DNA from: Selaginella moellendorffii
Taxonomy: Eukaryota; Plantae; Lycopodiophyta
Length of the DNA stretch: 64,000 nucleotides
Assembly: GCF_000143415.4 (NCBI RefSeq)
Contig: NW_003314346.1
Location: forward strand, 588,936 to 652,935
Direction: 5' to 3'
Shown here in pieces: positions 22,801 to 34,511 of this stretch (position 1 is the first letter of the stretch; each line of letters opens with the position of its first letter). Under the pieces are notes generated by a model. The model was not told the DNA's origin and searched no databases. It saw nothing but the letters and a program-made list of their open reading frames with translations. The position numbers and the translations under genes were made by a program.

Positions 22801-24251
22801 GTAGTAGTCGATCCTTGACGGGTGTCACGCTATGATCTGGACGCAAGACACTCGATAGAATCCCTCACTCCGCGCAAGTGCTTAGCACCGCCACGAACGA
22901 TGCCTCGTTGGGTGTGCGGCCGCAACGCTAGCATCGCATCGATCCTCTCGGCGCCGCATATCGCGTTCAATCCCCCAAGAAAGCATGGATGATTCTTCCT
23001 CCTCCTCTGCCGCACTCCACAGCACGGTAGGATTCATGTGCCAGGCTCTCGGGCCGGCAGTAAGCTCTATCGGATGAGGCGGCAAGAAATCAGTGAGCGT
23101 CTTCGATGCACACACGAATCGATGGACCCGCCAACGCTGTGTCCTCGAGCGCCGCGGCTATGGATCCAGGGCACCCTGTCCTCGACCGGTCGGCTCACGT
23201 CGTTCGTGACAACTTTGAGGTGGGTGGCAGCTTAGAGGGGAACGGATTGGACGGTGAGGTAGGACCGATGGTATCCTCTCCCGCCATCGCCAGTGATGGA
23301 GACCATGGTCTTCCGCAACGCCCTCGTCGTGGATCGTAACAAGATGGTTGTGAGATGGTTCCAGAACGACGCTTGTTTTCTCAGCGAAAGATCATTCCTG
23401 GGAAGTGGCGGACACGACTGGATTGCCCGGACGCTGCTGCTTTGTGCACTCCAACCGGATCTACGAGGCCGACATGGCCAAATCGTTGTTGTGGAGACAC
23501 GAACGTGTGGGAGGGGATCCAGCTGACGAACGATCACAAGATTTTATTCCACACTCTGAGCTAACATTTGGGCAGTTTCAGAGGATTGCAAGGTTATGAC
23601 AGTGATTCAACTTCCCAGCGATGGCTTCTTGGAAAGTGGTGGAGGATTTCAAGCTCAGCATGCCTTTCAGGAACGATGCTCAGATCGAGGTTCTTCGAGC
23701 TTGATGTATATTATTTGGATCAGCCACTACTCTACAAGGGCGTGTTAAAGCGTCAACAACACAGTCGATCAGCATCTTCACTCATAGTCGCGTTCTCCCT
23801 CCAGGAATGCAAGAGGGAACAGAGTTCTCTGTGTGTGGGAGAGAGAGAGAGAGATGGAAGAGAATGCTGCCGTACTGCTTCTTCGCCTTGCAAACAATTT
23901 CCTTCCATTCATCTCTGGTGGAGTGTGACATCTTCAACGAAGCCAACGTTTTAGTTAAGGACTAATTCTTGGTCCATGTCTTCTTGGTTCTTTCCTTATG
24001 ATGGATTGAATGTAGCATACCTTCATTTCTTTTGATAACGGCTTGACCACTACCCAATCAACCTGAATAATGATTTAGTCACCTTGAACCAGTGAAATTA
24101 ACGTGTTCTCCATTGTCTCAGTAAAATGACCAAGTCAGATCTGGAGTACTCACAACTCCTATATAAACTCCAGCGACCTCCACACTTCTCCCCACTCCAT
24201 TCTTTATCAATTCAGTAGCATCACAACAAAAAATCCGTGTGAAGATACAAG

Positions 24252-24905
24252 ATGTCTTACAAGTTAGCCATTTGTCTAGTTGCCATTTGTGCCATTGCTT
24301 TCGTCCATGGATCAGATGAAGATGCCCTCCAGGATTTCTGTGTCCGCGACGGAAACAGCAACACCATCGTCAATGGATTCACTTGCAAGCCTGCAGCGGC
24401 AACTCTAGCCAGTGATTTCATGTTCCAGGGACTCAGGAACCCCGGGAACACCAACAACAAGCTCGGATCCATAGTCACCAATGCAAATGTTGGCGTATTC
24501 CCGGGAATCAACACTCTTGGAGTCTCTTTTGCGAGGGTTGATTATGCTCCATACGGTGTCAATCCCCCCCACGTCCACCCCCGAGGAACCGAGCTCCTCT
24601 TCCTCCAGCAGGGAACACTCTATGTTGGATTCGTGAGCACCACCAACAACACACTCTTCGCTCAAACTTTGCATCCAGGGGATCTCTTTGTGTTTCCGCG
24701 TGGTCTCATTCACTTCCAGCTCAACGTTGGGAAGACACCGGCTGTTGCTCTTGCAGGATTCAACTCCCAGAATCCGGGTGTCACCCAGGTAGCCAAAGCC
24801 GTGTTTGCATCCAATCCTCCCATTTATGACGCCGTTATTGAGAGGGCGTTCCAGATCAATCCCAAGCTCATCCAGCAGCTCAGGGACCTCATCAAGCAAA
24901 CTTAA
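24252..24905 (+). CDS. Germin-like protein (cupin), secreted, intronless, copy 1
   Basis: Signal peptide, QDFCV box A, germin box 'GVNPPHVHPRGTE', 'PRGLIHFQLN'; TATA at ~24160. Confidence 0.95.
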   Translation: MSYKLAICLVAICAIAFVHGSDEDALQDFCVRDGNSNTIVNGFTCKPAAATLASDFMFQGLRNPGNTNNKLGSIVTNANVGVFPGINTLGVSFARVDYAPYGVNPPHVHPRGTELLFLQQGTLYVGFVSTTNNTLFAQTLHPGDLFVFPRGLIHFQLNVGKTPAVALAGFNSQNPGVTQVAKAVFASNPPIYDAVIERAFQINPKLIQQLRDLIKQT

Positions 24906-25274
24906 TCAGCTTGTTCTCGCATTAATTCTTTCATAAATTTCAATAATAGTCAAAATTTGCCTGGCTTACCAAAAAACTTGTCACACTGCGAATATTACGA
25001 CAATATCACGATAAAATGGTCAGTGTAAAGGCTTATTGGTTCCTTCGTCTCCGATAATGGCTTGACCACGACCCGGACAAACTGAAACAATCCACACTAT
25101 GGTTTTGATCAAGCCAGTGAAATTAACGTGTTTATCCTCGTTCAATCTTGATTCTTAGTAAGTGTGCTCTCACCATATAAACTCCAGTACAGATTCTCAC
25201 TCCATTCTGGAACTCATGAAAGCTTCTCTAGATAAGATATCGATTCATTCAAGCTCCGCGATGGATTCCATTTG

Positions 25275-26705
25275 CTATACATCGAAGCAAATCTCCCGGA
25301 GCTTGGCCATATCTGGCTCAAACAGGCCGATGATCACGTCGATGCTTCCATCCCTGGTGTAGGAAGGCAGCATGATGCTAATCCCCTCGAATGGCACGTA
25401 AGGCCCGCCAGCAAACACCGGAGTTCCATAGCCAAAGTCGAGCTCGTAGATTGGAAGCTGCGCCCAGCTCGTCACGCTCAAGTTTGGGCTCAGCACCGTC
25501 TTGCCACTCCTCGCGATCTGGACGGGGTTCTTCTGCTGGAGCTCCACGAAGTCCATCTGGGAGCGGATGTACTCGTTGTCAAGCCGCTTGATGGAAGCCT
25601 GGATGAGATCCGTGGCGCAGGATGCTGGTTTCTCCAGGAGATCCTTCGCGGTGCTGTGGCTGCTGGCGTGGGAGATGACGTTGCCGAAGTAGTCGTCGGG
25701 GATGGGAGGGACGAGCCTCTTTCGCCCGTTGGCCGCGATCAAAACTCGGGTTTGGACTTCACCATCGATGCCACGGGCGCGAGTGATGCACTTCCAGAGA
25801 TGGCTCGTGAGGCTGACGAACGTAGAGGGTCCTCGGGCATCGCCTTCTTTCGTCGCCGACTGCTTGATCTTCTTGAGGAGATCGATGCTGAAGTGGAGCT
25901 TCTTTACCGAGAGTGGGGGATACTCGGGCTGAGCAGCGTCCGGCTTGGGTGGAGGACGCTTGTACTCTGGATGTTCGAACTTTGGCTGCGGTGGATCGTT
26001 GGCCATGAGGAAAGACCTGTCGTGCTTTGGAGGAACGATTGGAGTCTTCTTGACAATGCTGGCCCAGGCATTCATGAAAGCGCTGGCACCTTCTCCATCC
26101 GCGACTTGGTGCTTGCCTTGCCACTCCCACAGTGATTCCACCACAAGTGAATTTGGTTACCTGTAAAAAAGAAAACTCTCAAGACATCCTTTCGTGGAAA
26201 CAAAGAAGCTTGCAAATGAAGGAACGAAAGCAATCAATGTAGCCAACCAAGAAGAAGGAAAGAAGACATCTAGCCAGAAACTAGACACCAAGAAAAACGA
26301 GAGAGAAGCTCATACCTGGATGAGGAGGAGCTCGGGAACACCTCTGTTAACAGGCACCAGATCCAGCATCAGTGGACTGGGATTGAAAGGCATGACACTT
26401 TCAAGCTCGCCATCAATCTCTGCCTCGATGAAGACCACACCCTCATCGTTTAGATCAATCACAGCCCGCCCAGTCTCATCCTTGCCGAGCCGCCCCGCCC
26501 ATTCCCTGTAATCCGAGAGAACCTTGGCCAATCCCTCCTCGAGATCCGCCACTGGAGGAGCCGGAGCCTTGAACGCGTAGATAATCTCCACATGGACGCG
26601 AGGAACCACCAGATCCGAGCTGCTCAGTGGGATGAATGCCGGTAGCGACGCCGCCGCTGGAGCCGAGGGCTTGATGATCCGGGCCTCGCCACGCGTTACC
26701 TTCAT
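25275..26705 (-). pseudogene. BAHD acyltransferase (HCT-like), 2 exons, 1-bp frameshift just before HxxxD
   Basis: Exon 26316-26705, intron 26161-26315, exon 25275-26160 (886 nt, one more than a multiple of 3). 'VTKFTCGGITVGVAR' and 'HQVADG' are in different frames. DFGYG motif present. Confidence 0.85.
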
Positions 26706-26981
26706 CCTGTGCAGCTCGATCGATCTGGCTATGGCGCACTACTGGATTGTATCGATCAAACCCTTCCCACGAGAATCGTGCCGAGCGCGACCTAAATCCC
26801 TGGCGAGGAAGAAGTGGATTTCATTGCTGGAATTTATAAAGGTGCATTGACCGGTTGGCTGATAAGTAGGTGTGCTGACCATTGTTGACCAAACAACGTT
26901 CAAAAGTATGACGTGGAATGCCATGCTGGCAGTCAACTAATCTTGACTCTTGGAACACCATGTATTTTAGGGTTCTTTTCC

Positions 26982-27779
26982 ATGGCCGCGGCGCTGCTGC
27001 GCTGCCTCCCGCACGCTCTAGCAATGCTCGCTTCCAATTTCATCCACTATCGATCGCTGTGGGCGGCGCAAGAGGCGGCGGCGAGGCGCGTCCACGCTCG
27101 CAAGCGCCTGCTCGTGGATGCCTACAAGCAAGAACACGTCCCTCTCACATTCGATCTCATGGGAAGCCCAGAGATGCGACGAGCCAGGTACACAATCAAG
27201 CTCCTCCGCTACCTCATCACGCTCGCGCACATCATCGCCTTCTATCCTCTCATCGACGAGCTTCACTTGGAGCAATTCACGGTCGCCTGGGCAGTGCTTG
27301 CCCAGGCAGTGATCGCTGGATTGTTGGCGGGGCTCGTGACCATCTACCTGGACGAGAATCGGCACCAGGAGATGAGAACCGCCTGGAATCCTGCCCAGGA
27401 TTTTGGCTCCAAGAAAGTGGGAGCTGCGTGGGATTGTCTGCGAGTAGCTGGCGGCTGCCTCGCGGTCCCGATCGAAGAGGAGCTCTTTTATCACTCTTGG
27501 CTCTACCGATTCATGCTCGCCAAGCTCTCGCCCGACCGATCGCGGGGCTTTGAGGCGGTGGGGCTGAGGACTTGGAACTGGCTGCTGTGTGTAGCGAGCA
27601 ATGGATTCTTCGCAGTCCACAACGGGATGGAATGGCGGAGTTGCTTGCTCGCTGGCTGCCTGTTCCAGTGGATCATCGCTTACCGGGGCCAATTCCTCGA
27701 TGGTCTCATTGCGCATGTTGTTTGCAACATCACCATCAGCTGCTGGGTGCTCGTCTCTGGCCAGCGCCACTTCTGGTAG
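26982..27779 (+). CDS. CPBP/Abi (type II CAAX prenyl protease-related) membrane protein, intronless
   Basis: 'VPIEEELFYHSWLYRF', 'FFAVH', 'AHVVCN' motifs, hydrophobic segments, C-terminal 'WVLVSGQRHFW'. Confidence 0.8.
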   Translation: MAAALLRCLPHALAMLASNFIHYRSLWAAQEAAARRVHARKRLLVDAYKQEHVPLTFDLMGSPEMRRARYTIKLLRYLITLAHIIAFYPLIDELHLEQFTVAWAVLAQAVIAGLLAGLVTIYLDENRHQEMRTAWNPAQDFGSKKVGAAWDCLRVAGGCLAVPIEEELFYHSWLYRFMLAKLSPDRSRGFEAVGLRTWNWLLCVASNGFFAVHNGMEWRSCLLAGCLFQWIIAYRGQFLDGLIAHVVCNITISCWVLVSGQRHFW

Positions 27780-28967
27780 TAGCCAATCTAAGATCGACCA
27801 AGATATCATTCATCGATCCATATAACATCAAGCTCCAAGAACATCGATCGATCTATAAGTATTATCGCTCCAGATATATCATCAAGCTCCAGGAACAAAA
27901 GTAAGCTGACTTTTTTTTTTATATATATCGTTCTGAGGTTTTTGTCTCACCAGATCTGGATTGACTGAAGCAGATTCGAGCACCAAGGGCTTCTCGCAAA
28001 GTTTTAAAGCAATGCGTTTGAAAGGCATTTGCTGCAAACACGAGATCCTTGCATGTAACTTATTGATCTTAAGCTGATAGCTGATTTTGGAACCTCGGCT
28101 TTAAAGGATCTCGAGAGTATCACTGAAAGACACTACTTTATAGCCCCCACCGCCTTTAGAGTAAGTAGTAGCTTATGATCCAGCATATACATCAAGCTCG
28201 AAGAACCTCAGCATGCAAGGTTCTGAGCACCACGGGATCGTCTGAAAGGCACGCTGAGCTTGAAAACCTCCACCAAGCTGATCGTTGGGAACTTGGATCA
28301 CCGTCACAACCTTGAAATTTCTTCAGGTAGCTCACAGCTTGGAAGAAATACTTCTCATCACTTGCTGCGTTTTTCAGCTGGAGCGCCTCCCATGTTCGTA
28401 TCTCCACAACGTTGGGCTGGTAGATCCGGTAAGAGTGCACAACCGAGCTGAGCTCGTACAATCCAGAGATGCCGACCTCTCTCTGCCCCCACTGCGCACG
28501 CTCACTCCAATCGATGACTAAGGCGTGGCAATAGGCTTTGGTTGCCAACGATGGCGATCCCATTGATCGTCCACTGGATCTTATACCTCGGCGTCCAATC
28601 CCCCTCACATGGTTCTACATAGAGCCGACCAAGTACATTTAAGGACACAGCATTGGCGCCAGGGCGTTCCATCTGTGCATCGAAGATGCTCACCGATTTC
28701 TGGCAGCTCCATCCCCCGAGAAGATAGAGCTTGCTGCCGAGAGCTCTGCAGTGCCGTGGATGTGGGTGGAGGAGGAAGAATCATTCCACGCTTTCATGGA
28801 GGGGTGTGACTGGAGTGAGGGAGGTTGACCGATCTGCTGTCCGATTGGGTGTCTCGACTTGTGAGTCCTTCACGCTCGCGCATTTGGTCACTGATATATG
28901 ATGGTCTTTCGACCAGTAAACTAAGAAAAATTTGATTAGGTATTATTGAAATGCAAGAACAAACTGG

Positions 28968-29621
28968 CTAAGTTTGCTTGATGAGGTCCCTGAGCTGCTG
29001 AATCAGCTTGGGATTGATCTGGAACGCCCTCTCGATGACAGCGTCATAAATAGGAGGATTTGATGCAAACACGGCTTTGGCTACCTGGGTGACACCCGGA
29101 TTCTGGGAGTTGAATCCCGCAAGAGCAACAGCCGGTGTCTTCCCAACGTTGAGCTGGAAGTGAATGAGACCACGCGGAAACACAAAGAGATCCCCTGGAT
29201 GCAAAGTTTGAGCGAAGAGTGTGTTGTTGGTGGTGCTCACGAATCCAACATAGAGAGTTCCTTGCTGGAGGAAGAGGAGCTCGGTTCCTCGGGGGTGGAC
29301 GTGAGGGGGATTGACGCCGTATGGAGCATAATCAATCCTCGCAAAAGAGACGCCAAGAGTGTTGATTCCCGGGAATACGCCAACATTTGCATTGGTGACT
29401 ATGGATCCGAGCTTGTTGTTGGTGTTCCCGGGGTTGCGGAGTCCCTCGAACATGAAATCACTGGCTAGAGTTGCTGCAGCAGGCTTGCAAGTGAATCCAT
29501 TGACGATGGTGTTGAATTTTTTGTCGCGGACACAGAAATCCTGGAGGGCATCTTCATCTGATCCATGGACGAAAGCAATGGCACAAATGGCAACTAAACA
29601 AATGGCTAACTTGTAAGACAT
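28968..29621 (-). CDS. Germin-like protein, copy 2
   Basis: 217 aa, differs from copy 1 at only a few residues. Confidence 0.95.
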   Translation of the reverse strand: MSYKLAICLVAICAIAFVHGSDEDALQDFCVRDKKFNTIVNGFTCKPAAATLASDFMFEGLRNPGNTNNKLGSIVTNANVGVFPGINTLGVSFARIDYAPYGVNPPHVHPRGTELLFLQQGTLYVGFVSTTNNTLFAQTLHPGDLFVFPRGLIHFQLNVGKTPAVALAGFNSQNPGVTQVAKAVFASNPPIYDAVIERAFQINPKLIQQLRDLIKQT

Positions 29622-31700
29622 GTTGTATCTTCACACAGATTTTGTGTTGTGATGCTACTTAATTGATGAAGAATTGAGTGAGGAGAAATATGGAGGTCGC
29701 TGGAGTTTATATAGTACTCCAGATCTGACTTGGTCATTTTACTGGAACAGAGAACACGTTAATCAGACTTGATCAGATGTTACATTCTATTTATCTTCCG
29801 AGAAAAGAACCAAGAACTGTTCCTTGAAACGTTGTAAGGATTGGTTTGGTCATACACACGCTGTCCATTTGATAGCTGTGGGGCTCAACAAGTTGAACAA
29901 CAAGTCACAGCCGTGAGAGTTTTTGATTCGTCCTAAATAGGGAAATGGTAGCGCCATGTGTCACTCAAGGACTTTCCGCCGGCTCCGGATCAGGTGAGTG
30001 ATCAAGCCTCTATTGTTTCTGTGATCTTTTTCCTGCAGGAGTGTTACGATGTTCCCCAGGAATTATAAAGGAGGCCCGAGCTTAGCTTGTGACTCACTGT
30101 GTGGATTTTGCTCTGTTTAATTCAAGCACGCTGATCAATGGGCCTGCAAAGTGGGAAGAAAAAGAAGAACAGTGTCCAGCATACACGCTCACGATTAAGA
30201 TAAGGACGAGGAGAGCGGAAAATGCGTACAGGAAATCCAACATCTCTCTCGAGACTGGGATGAGGACTAAACTCGAATTGATCAATGGACAGACCGAGAT
30301 CAAGCATCCATTTTCTCAGCATGATATTCGGCTGCACAGGTGTACGGAAAAATCTGTACTGTGCTGCATCGTTTCTTCCGGCGAGTCGAGTGTCCCATGG
30401 CCAAACGGTGTTGCTCAGGCATGGAAACAAAGGTGGTGGCGGTTTAAGCTCAGCGTGCCTTTCAGCGATGATCTCAGAACCCGGTTATTCGAGCTTGATG
30501 TATATGGGAAGAGCACCATGGGACATCAGGTAGCGGGGTTAACTGGGAAAAGTACTCGCTTGAAGGCCAGATAATTAGAGTCTATTGTCAGCGATTTGTA
30601 AGCTTCTTGCAGAAGACCACAATAAGTGGACGGCTGGAATGCCTGATCTTCTGCTGTGGAAGGAGCAGCTGGCCGAAGTCAAGGGTCCAGGGTCGCTGGT
30701 TTCTTATTCTCTCGGACGCTAATTTTCCAGTGGAACTTTGCAAGGTCTCACATGTGGTGTCACTTGTGGACATTAACTTCTTTTGATTGAATCTTTCTCT
30801 ATACTTCGGCGAGACGCACGCGCAGAGGTATTTAGAACACGTCTTTGACTTGTATGTGAATTATTTCCTTCAGGCTTTGACTTCTGAGGTCAAGACATGA
30901 CAACGAGAAGCTTCTACAGAAGGCCCTTTTGCAACACCAACCAAGAATCGAACCACGTCCGCTTCAAGCTCCTGGTTTGCATGAGTTACCTTTCCAAGAT
31001 GCTTTTAGACAGGGATAGTGATAGAGACGAGGAGAAGGTTGCAACCCCGCGGCAGAGCAGATACCAGCCTTACATTTATGACTTCAATTCCATCATAACA
31101 GGCTGCGTCCAGTCTCCGGACAGTGATCAAGAACAGCCCGACCAGGAAGTATTTAGCGTGCTCAGCGAGTGCGCCAGAGAGAGCAGTGGCCACCACAGGC
31201 TTACTTTATGGGCCATGACTTCCACACTTCTCGGTCATGCAGCCGGGCCTTGAACTCGCCAACGGTCGAGCCTTCGGGAAACTCAAGAACCACCGCGTCC
31301 TGCTCTCGACCATTTCCAGCTCCGAGTCGATGCAGTGCGCGACCGCATCGTTCAAACAAAGCCATCGACCAGCAAGCACAATCTAAGAAAGGAATGGGAG
31401 CTCTAAACCTCCCTCTCGTAAAATATTTTGTTGTACGAGTCCATGAACAACTGCTGCTCCTTGAGATGTTCTTCTAGAGGCATGACTATAACTTTCAATA
31501 CTATAATTAATGGCTGTTATAACTAAACACGGTATGCTACAAAACATAAAAGCTATGGCTGATAAGTTTATGAGAACTTGGATCAATTACGCTGGTTTTA
31601 TATCAAAGTCGTTAGTGCCACCCGTGAACATATTGACTACGAATGCCATGAACTCCCTAAGAAGTTTCTTACTTATTTCGAAATATTATGGATCTTTAGT

Positions 31701-32497
31701 TTAAGCACAACCAAGGTTTTCACCTGGTGAAACACCCAACTGTGAGCAGAAGTCCCTGTAATAAGTGATACGGCTTTGTGCTGGTTCTGTCTCACTGCCC
31801 CTGCCACACTCTAGCGCTCCATTGATGGCTCGAATTGTAGCTCCAAATCCTTGATTCTGTGTTATTGCGGTGTGGCAATTCGAGTTTTGCATCCAAAACC
31901 ACACTGATGACCTCCATGCAAGTAAGCCATTCTGAGCAACTTGGTCTGGGTTCTGGAGGAGGTTCATATTGAAAGCCCTTCCCGCGGCATCATAGTTGTA
32001 ATTCCTGCAGATGAAATGTTGGATTTGTACTGCATACGTTTTTCATTTCTAACTTACCAAGTGAGCTGCAGAGGACCTCTTCCATAGTAAGCCATAGTGC
32101 CTGCCGGACATGAAACTCCACCGCTAGTGTCACAATAGACGTTGTTTTGGTTGATCTCTCGAATGAATTGCAGTGCTACAATCAAGTAGAAAAACTTCAA
32201 GACATTAGTGAGAAATGGATTTTTCTATGTAAAATTACTTCCAGTCTCGTGCTTCACATGTGCAAAGTACGCAGCCAGTTCCCTCCTTTGAACATCAAGA
32301 CTCCCTGTGCTTCCAAAAGCAGGAAAGCCATTTGCTGCAGCAATGAAATCACTATAGGTATAGAAAGGATTGGCAACGTTGGATGGGAAGAACTGCCTAA
32401 ACACAGACTCAGTTACGATGCTAGATGGGTTTGCTAGTGTGGGGGAGGGAGATCCAATGCAAAGTATAAAAGATACGATGATTGCTGCAAATGCCAT
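31701..32497 (-). CDS. GH19 chitinase without chitin-binding domain, 3 exons, copy 1
   Basis: Signal peptide, 'RRELAAYFAHVKHETG', 'YYGRGPLQLTWNYNY', 'GFGATIRAINGALEC', 'LGVSPGENLGC'. Confidence 0.93.
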
Positions 32498-33052
32498 GGG
32501 TGCTAAAGTTTATGAGAACTTGAATGAATTTGGGTTGGTTTTATACTCTTGAAGCCACCCGTGAACATATTGACTGAAATGCCGTGTTGATGGAAACTTC
32601 CTAAGATGGAAGGTGTCTTTTATTGACTTTTCAAAATACTTTTGATTGAGGTTATGATCTTCGGTTTAAAGGTATAATATCCACAATACGTTTTTATATC
32701 TAGAAATAAAATACCAATTTACACAGTTATCAATCTTAGTAAATAGAAATTAAATTGTATTTTAATTAAAAAATTTGGAAAAAGAATTTTCTTGCATGAT
32801 TTTTAGCTAGAATAAGCTTGGACATTCTAAGATATTTTATCATCTAATGGTTGTTAGTTATTTATATTAATATTATATTTATAGTTTATAAATATATTAT
32901 GATATCTTTATATTTACTAAGAAAGTATATTCATCACTATTGGCAATGACATAAATCGAAATTTAAACTCAAGACCTACTATATACATATATGGGATTAT
33001 TATGAATTTATACTAAAATTAAGTTTCTAGATTAGGGGCTAAACCCCTTATT

Positions 33053-33473
33053 CGACTACTTCGGCAACGTCATCTCCCACGCCAGCAGCCACAGCACCGC
33101 GAAGGATCTCCTGGAGAAACCAGCATCCTACGCCACGGATCTCATCCAGGCTTCCATCAAGCGGCTTGACAACGAGTACATCCGCTCCCAGATGGACTTC
33201 GTGGAGCTCCAGCAGAAGAACCCCGTCCAGATCGCGAGGAGTGGCAAGACGGTGCTGAGCCCAAACTTGAGCGTGACGAGCTGGGCGCAGCTTCCAATCT
33301 ACGAGCTCGACTTTGGCTATGGAACTCCGGTGTTTGCTGGCGGGCCTTACGTGCCATTCGAGGGGATTAGCATCATGCTGCCTTCCTACACCAGGGATGG
33401 AAGCATCGACGTGATCATCGGCCTGTTTGAGCCAGATATGGCCAAGTTCCGGGAGATTTGCTTCGATGTATAG
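33053..33473 (+). pseudogene. 3' fragment of BAHD acyltransferase, part of inverted duplication 24119-25695 <-> 33053-34634
   Basis: Near-identical to the reverse complement of 25275-25695; contains DFGYG, lacks the 5' part. Confidence 0.9.
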
Positions 33474-33857
33474 CAAATGGAATCCATCGCAAGTCCTTGA
33501 CCGGAGCTGGAGTGAATCGATTCGCTCTTATCTAGAGAAGCTTTCATGAGTTCCAGAATGGAGTGAGAATCTATACTGGAGTTTATATGGTGAGAGCACA
33601 CTTCCTAAGAATCAAGATTGAACGAGGATAAACACGTTAATTTCACTGGCTTGATCAAAACCATAGTGTGGATTGTTTCAGTTTGTACGGGTCGTGGTCA
33701 AGCCATTATCGGAGACTAAGGAACCAACAAGCCTTTACACTGACCATTTTATCGTGATATTGTCGTAATATTCGCAGTGTGACAAGTTGTTTGGTAAGCC
33801 AGGCAAAATTTGACTATTATAGAAATTTATGAAAGAATTAATGCAAGAACAAGCTGA

Positions 33858-34511
33858 TTAAGTTTGCTTGATGAGGTCCCTGAGCTGCTGGATGAGCTTG
33901 GGATTGATCTGGAACGCCCTCTCGATGACAGCGTCATAAATGGGAGGATTGGATGCAAACACTGCTTTGGTTACCTGGGTGACACCCGGATTCTGGGAGT
34001 TGAATCCCGCAAGAGCAACAGCCGGTGTCTTCCCAACGTTGAGCTGGAAGTGAATGAGACCACGCGGAAACACAAAGAGATCCCCTGGATGCAAAGTTTG
34101 AGCGAAGAGTGTGTTGTTGGTGGTGCTCACGAATCCAACATAGAGAGTTCCTTGCTGGAGGAAGAGGAGCTCGGTTCCTCGGGGGTGGACGTGAGGGGGA
34201 TTGACGCCGTATGGAGCATAATCAATCCTCGCAAAAGAGACGCCAAGAGTGTTGATTCCCGGGAATACGCCAACATTTGCATTGGTGACTATGGATCCGA
34301 GCTTGTTGTTGGTGTTCCCGGGGTTCCTGAGTCCCTGGAACATGAAATCACTGGCTAGAGTTGCCGCTGCAGGCTTGCAAGTGAATCCATTGACGATGGT
34401 GTTGCTCTTTCCGTCGCGGACACAGAAATCCTGGAGGGCATCTTCATCTGATCCATGGACGAAAGCAATGGCACAAATGGCAACTAGACAAATGGCTAAC
34501 TTGTAAGACAT
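33858..34511 (-). CDS. Germin-like protein, copy 3
   Basis: 217 aa, near-identical to copies 1 and 2. Confidence 0.95.
   Translation of the reverse strand: MSYKLAICLVAICAIAFVHGSDEDALQDFCVRDGKSNTIVNGFTCKPAAATLASDFMFQGLRNPGNTNNKLGSIVTNANVGVFPGINTLGVSFARIDYAPYGVNPPHVHPRGTELLFLQQGTLYVGFVSTTNNTLFAQTLHPGDLFVFPRGLIHFQLNVGKTPAVALAGFNSQNPGVTQVTKAVFASNPPIYDAVIERAFQINPKLIQQLRDLIKQT

Larger units (their letters stand above)
28968..33050. repeat. Direct segmental duplication unit A (germin + chitinase); unit B = 33858-37760 plus 49377-49553
   Basis: Identical ORF sets offset by ~4.88 kb (e.g. 30897/35778, 31701/36582). Confidence 0.9.

Noticed and set aside
25272-26135. 287-aa plus-strand ORF, and similar antisense ORFs over the germins, the CPBP gene and NDUFS1
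   Set aside because: Shadow ORFs of GC-rich coding strands, mostly with non-ATG starts.
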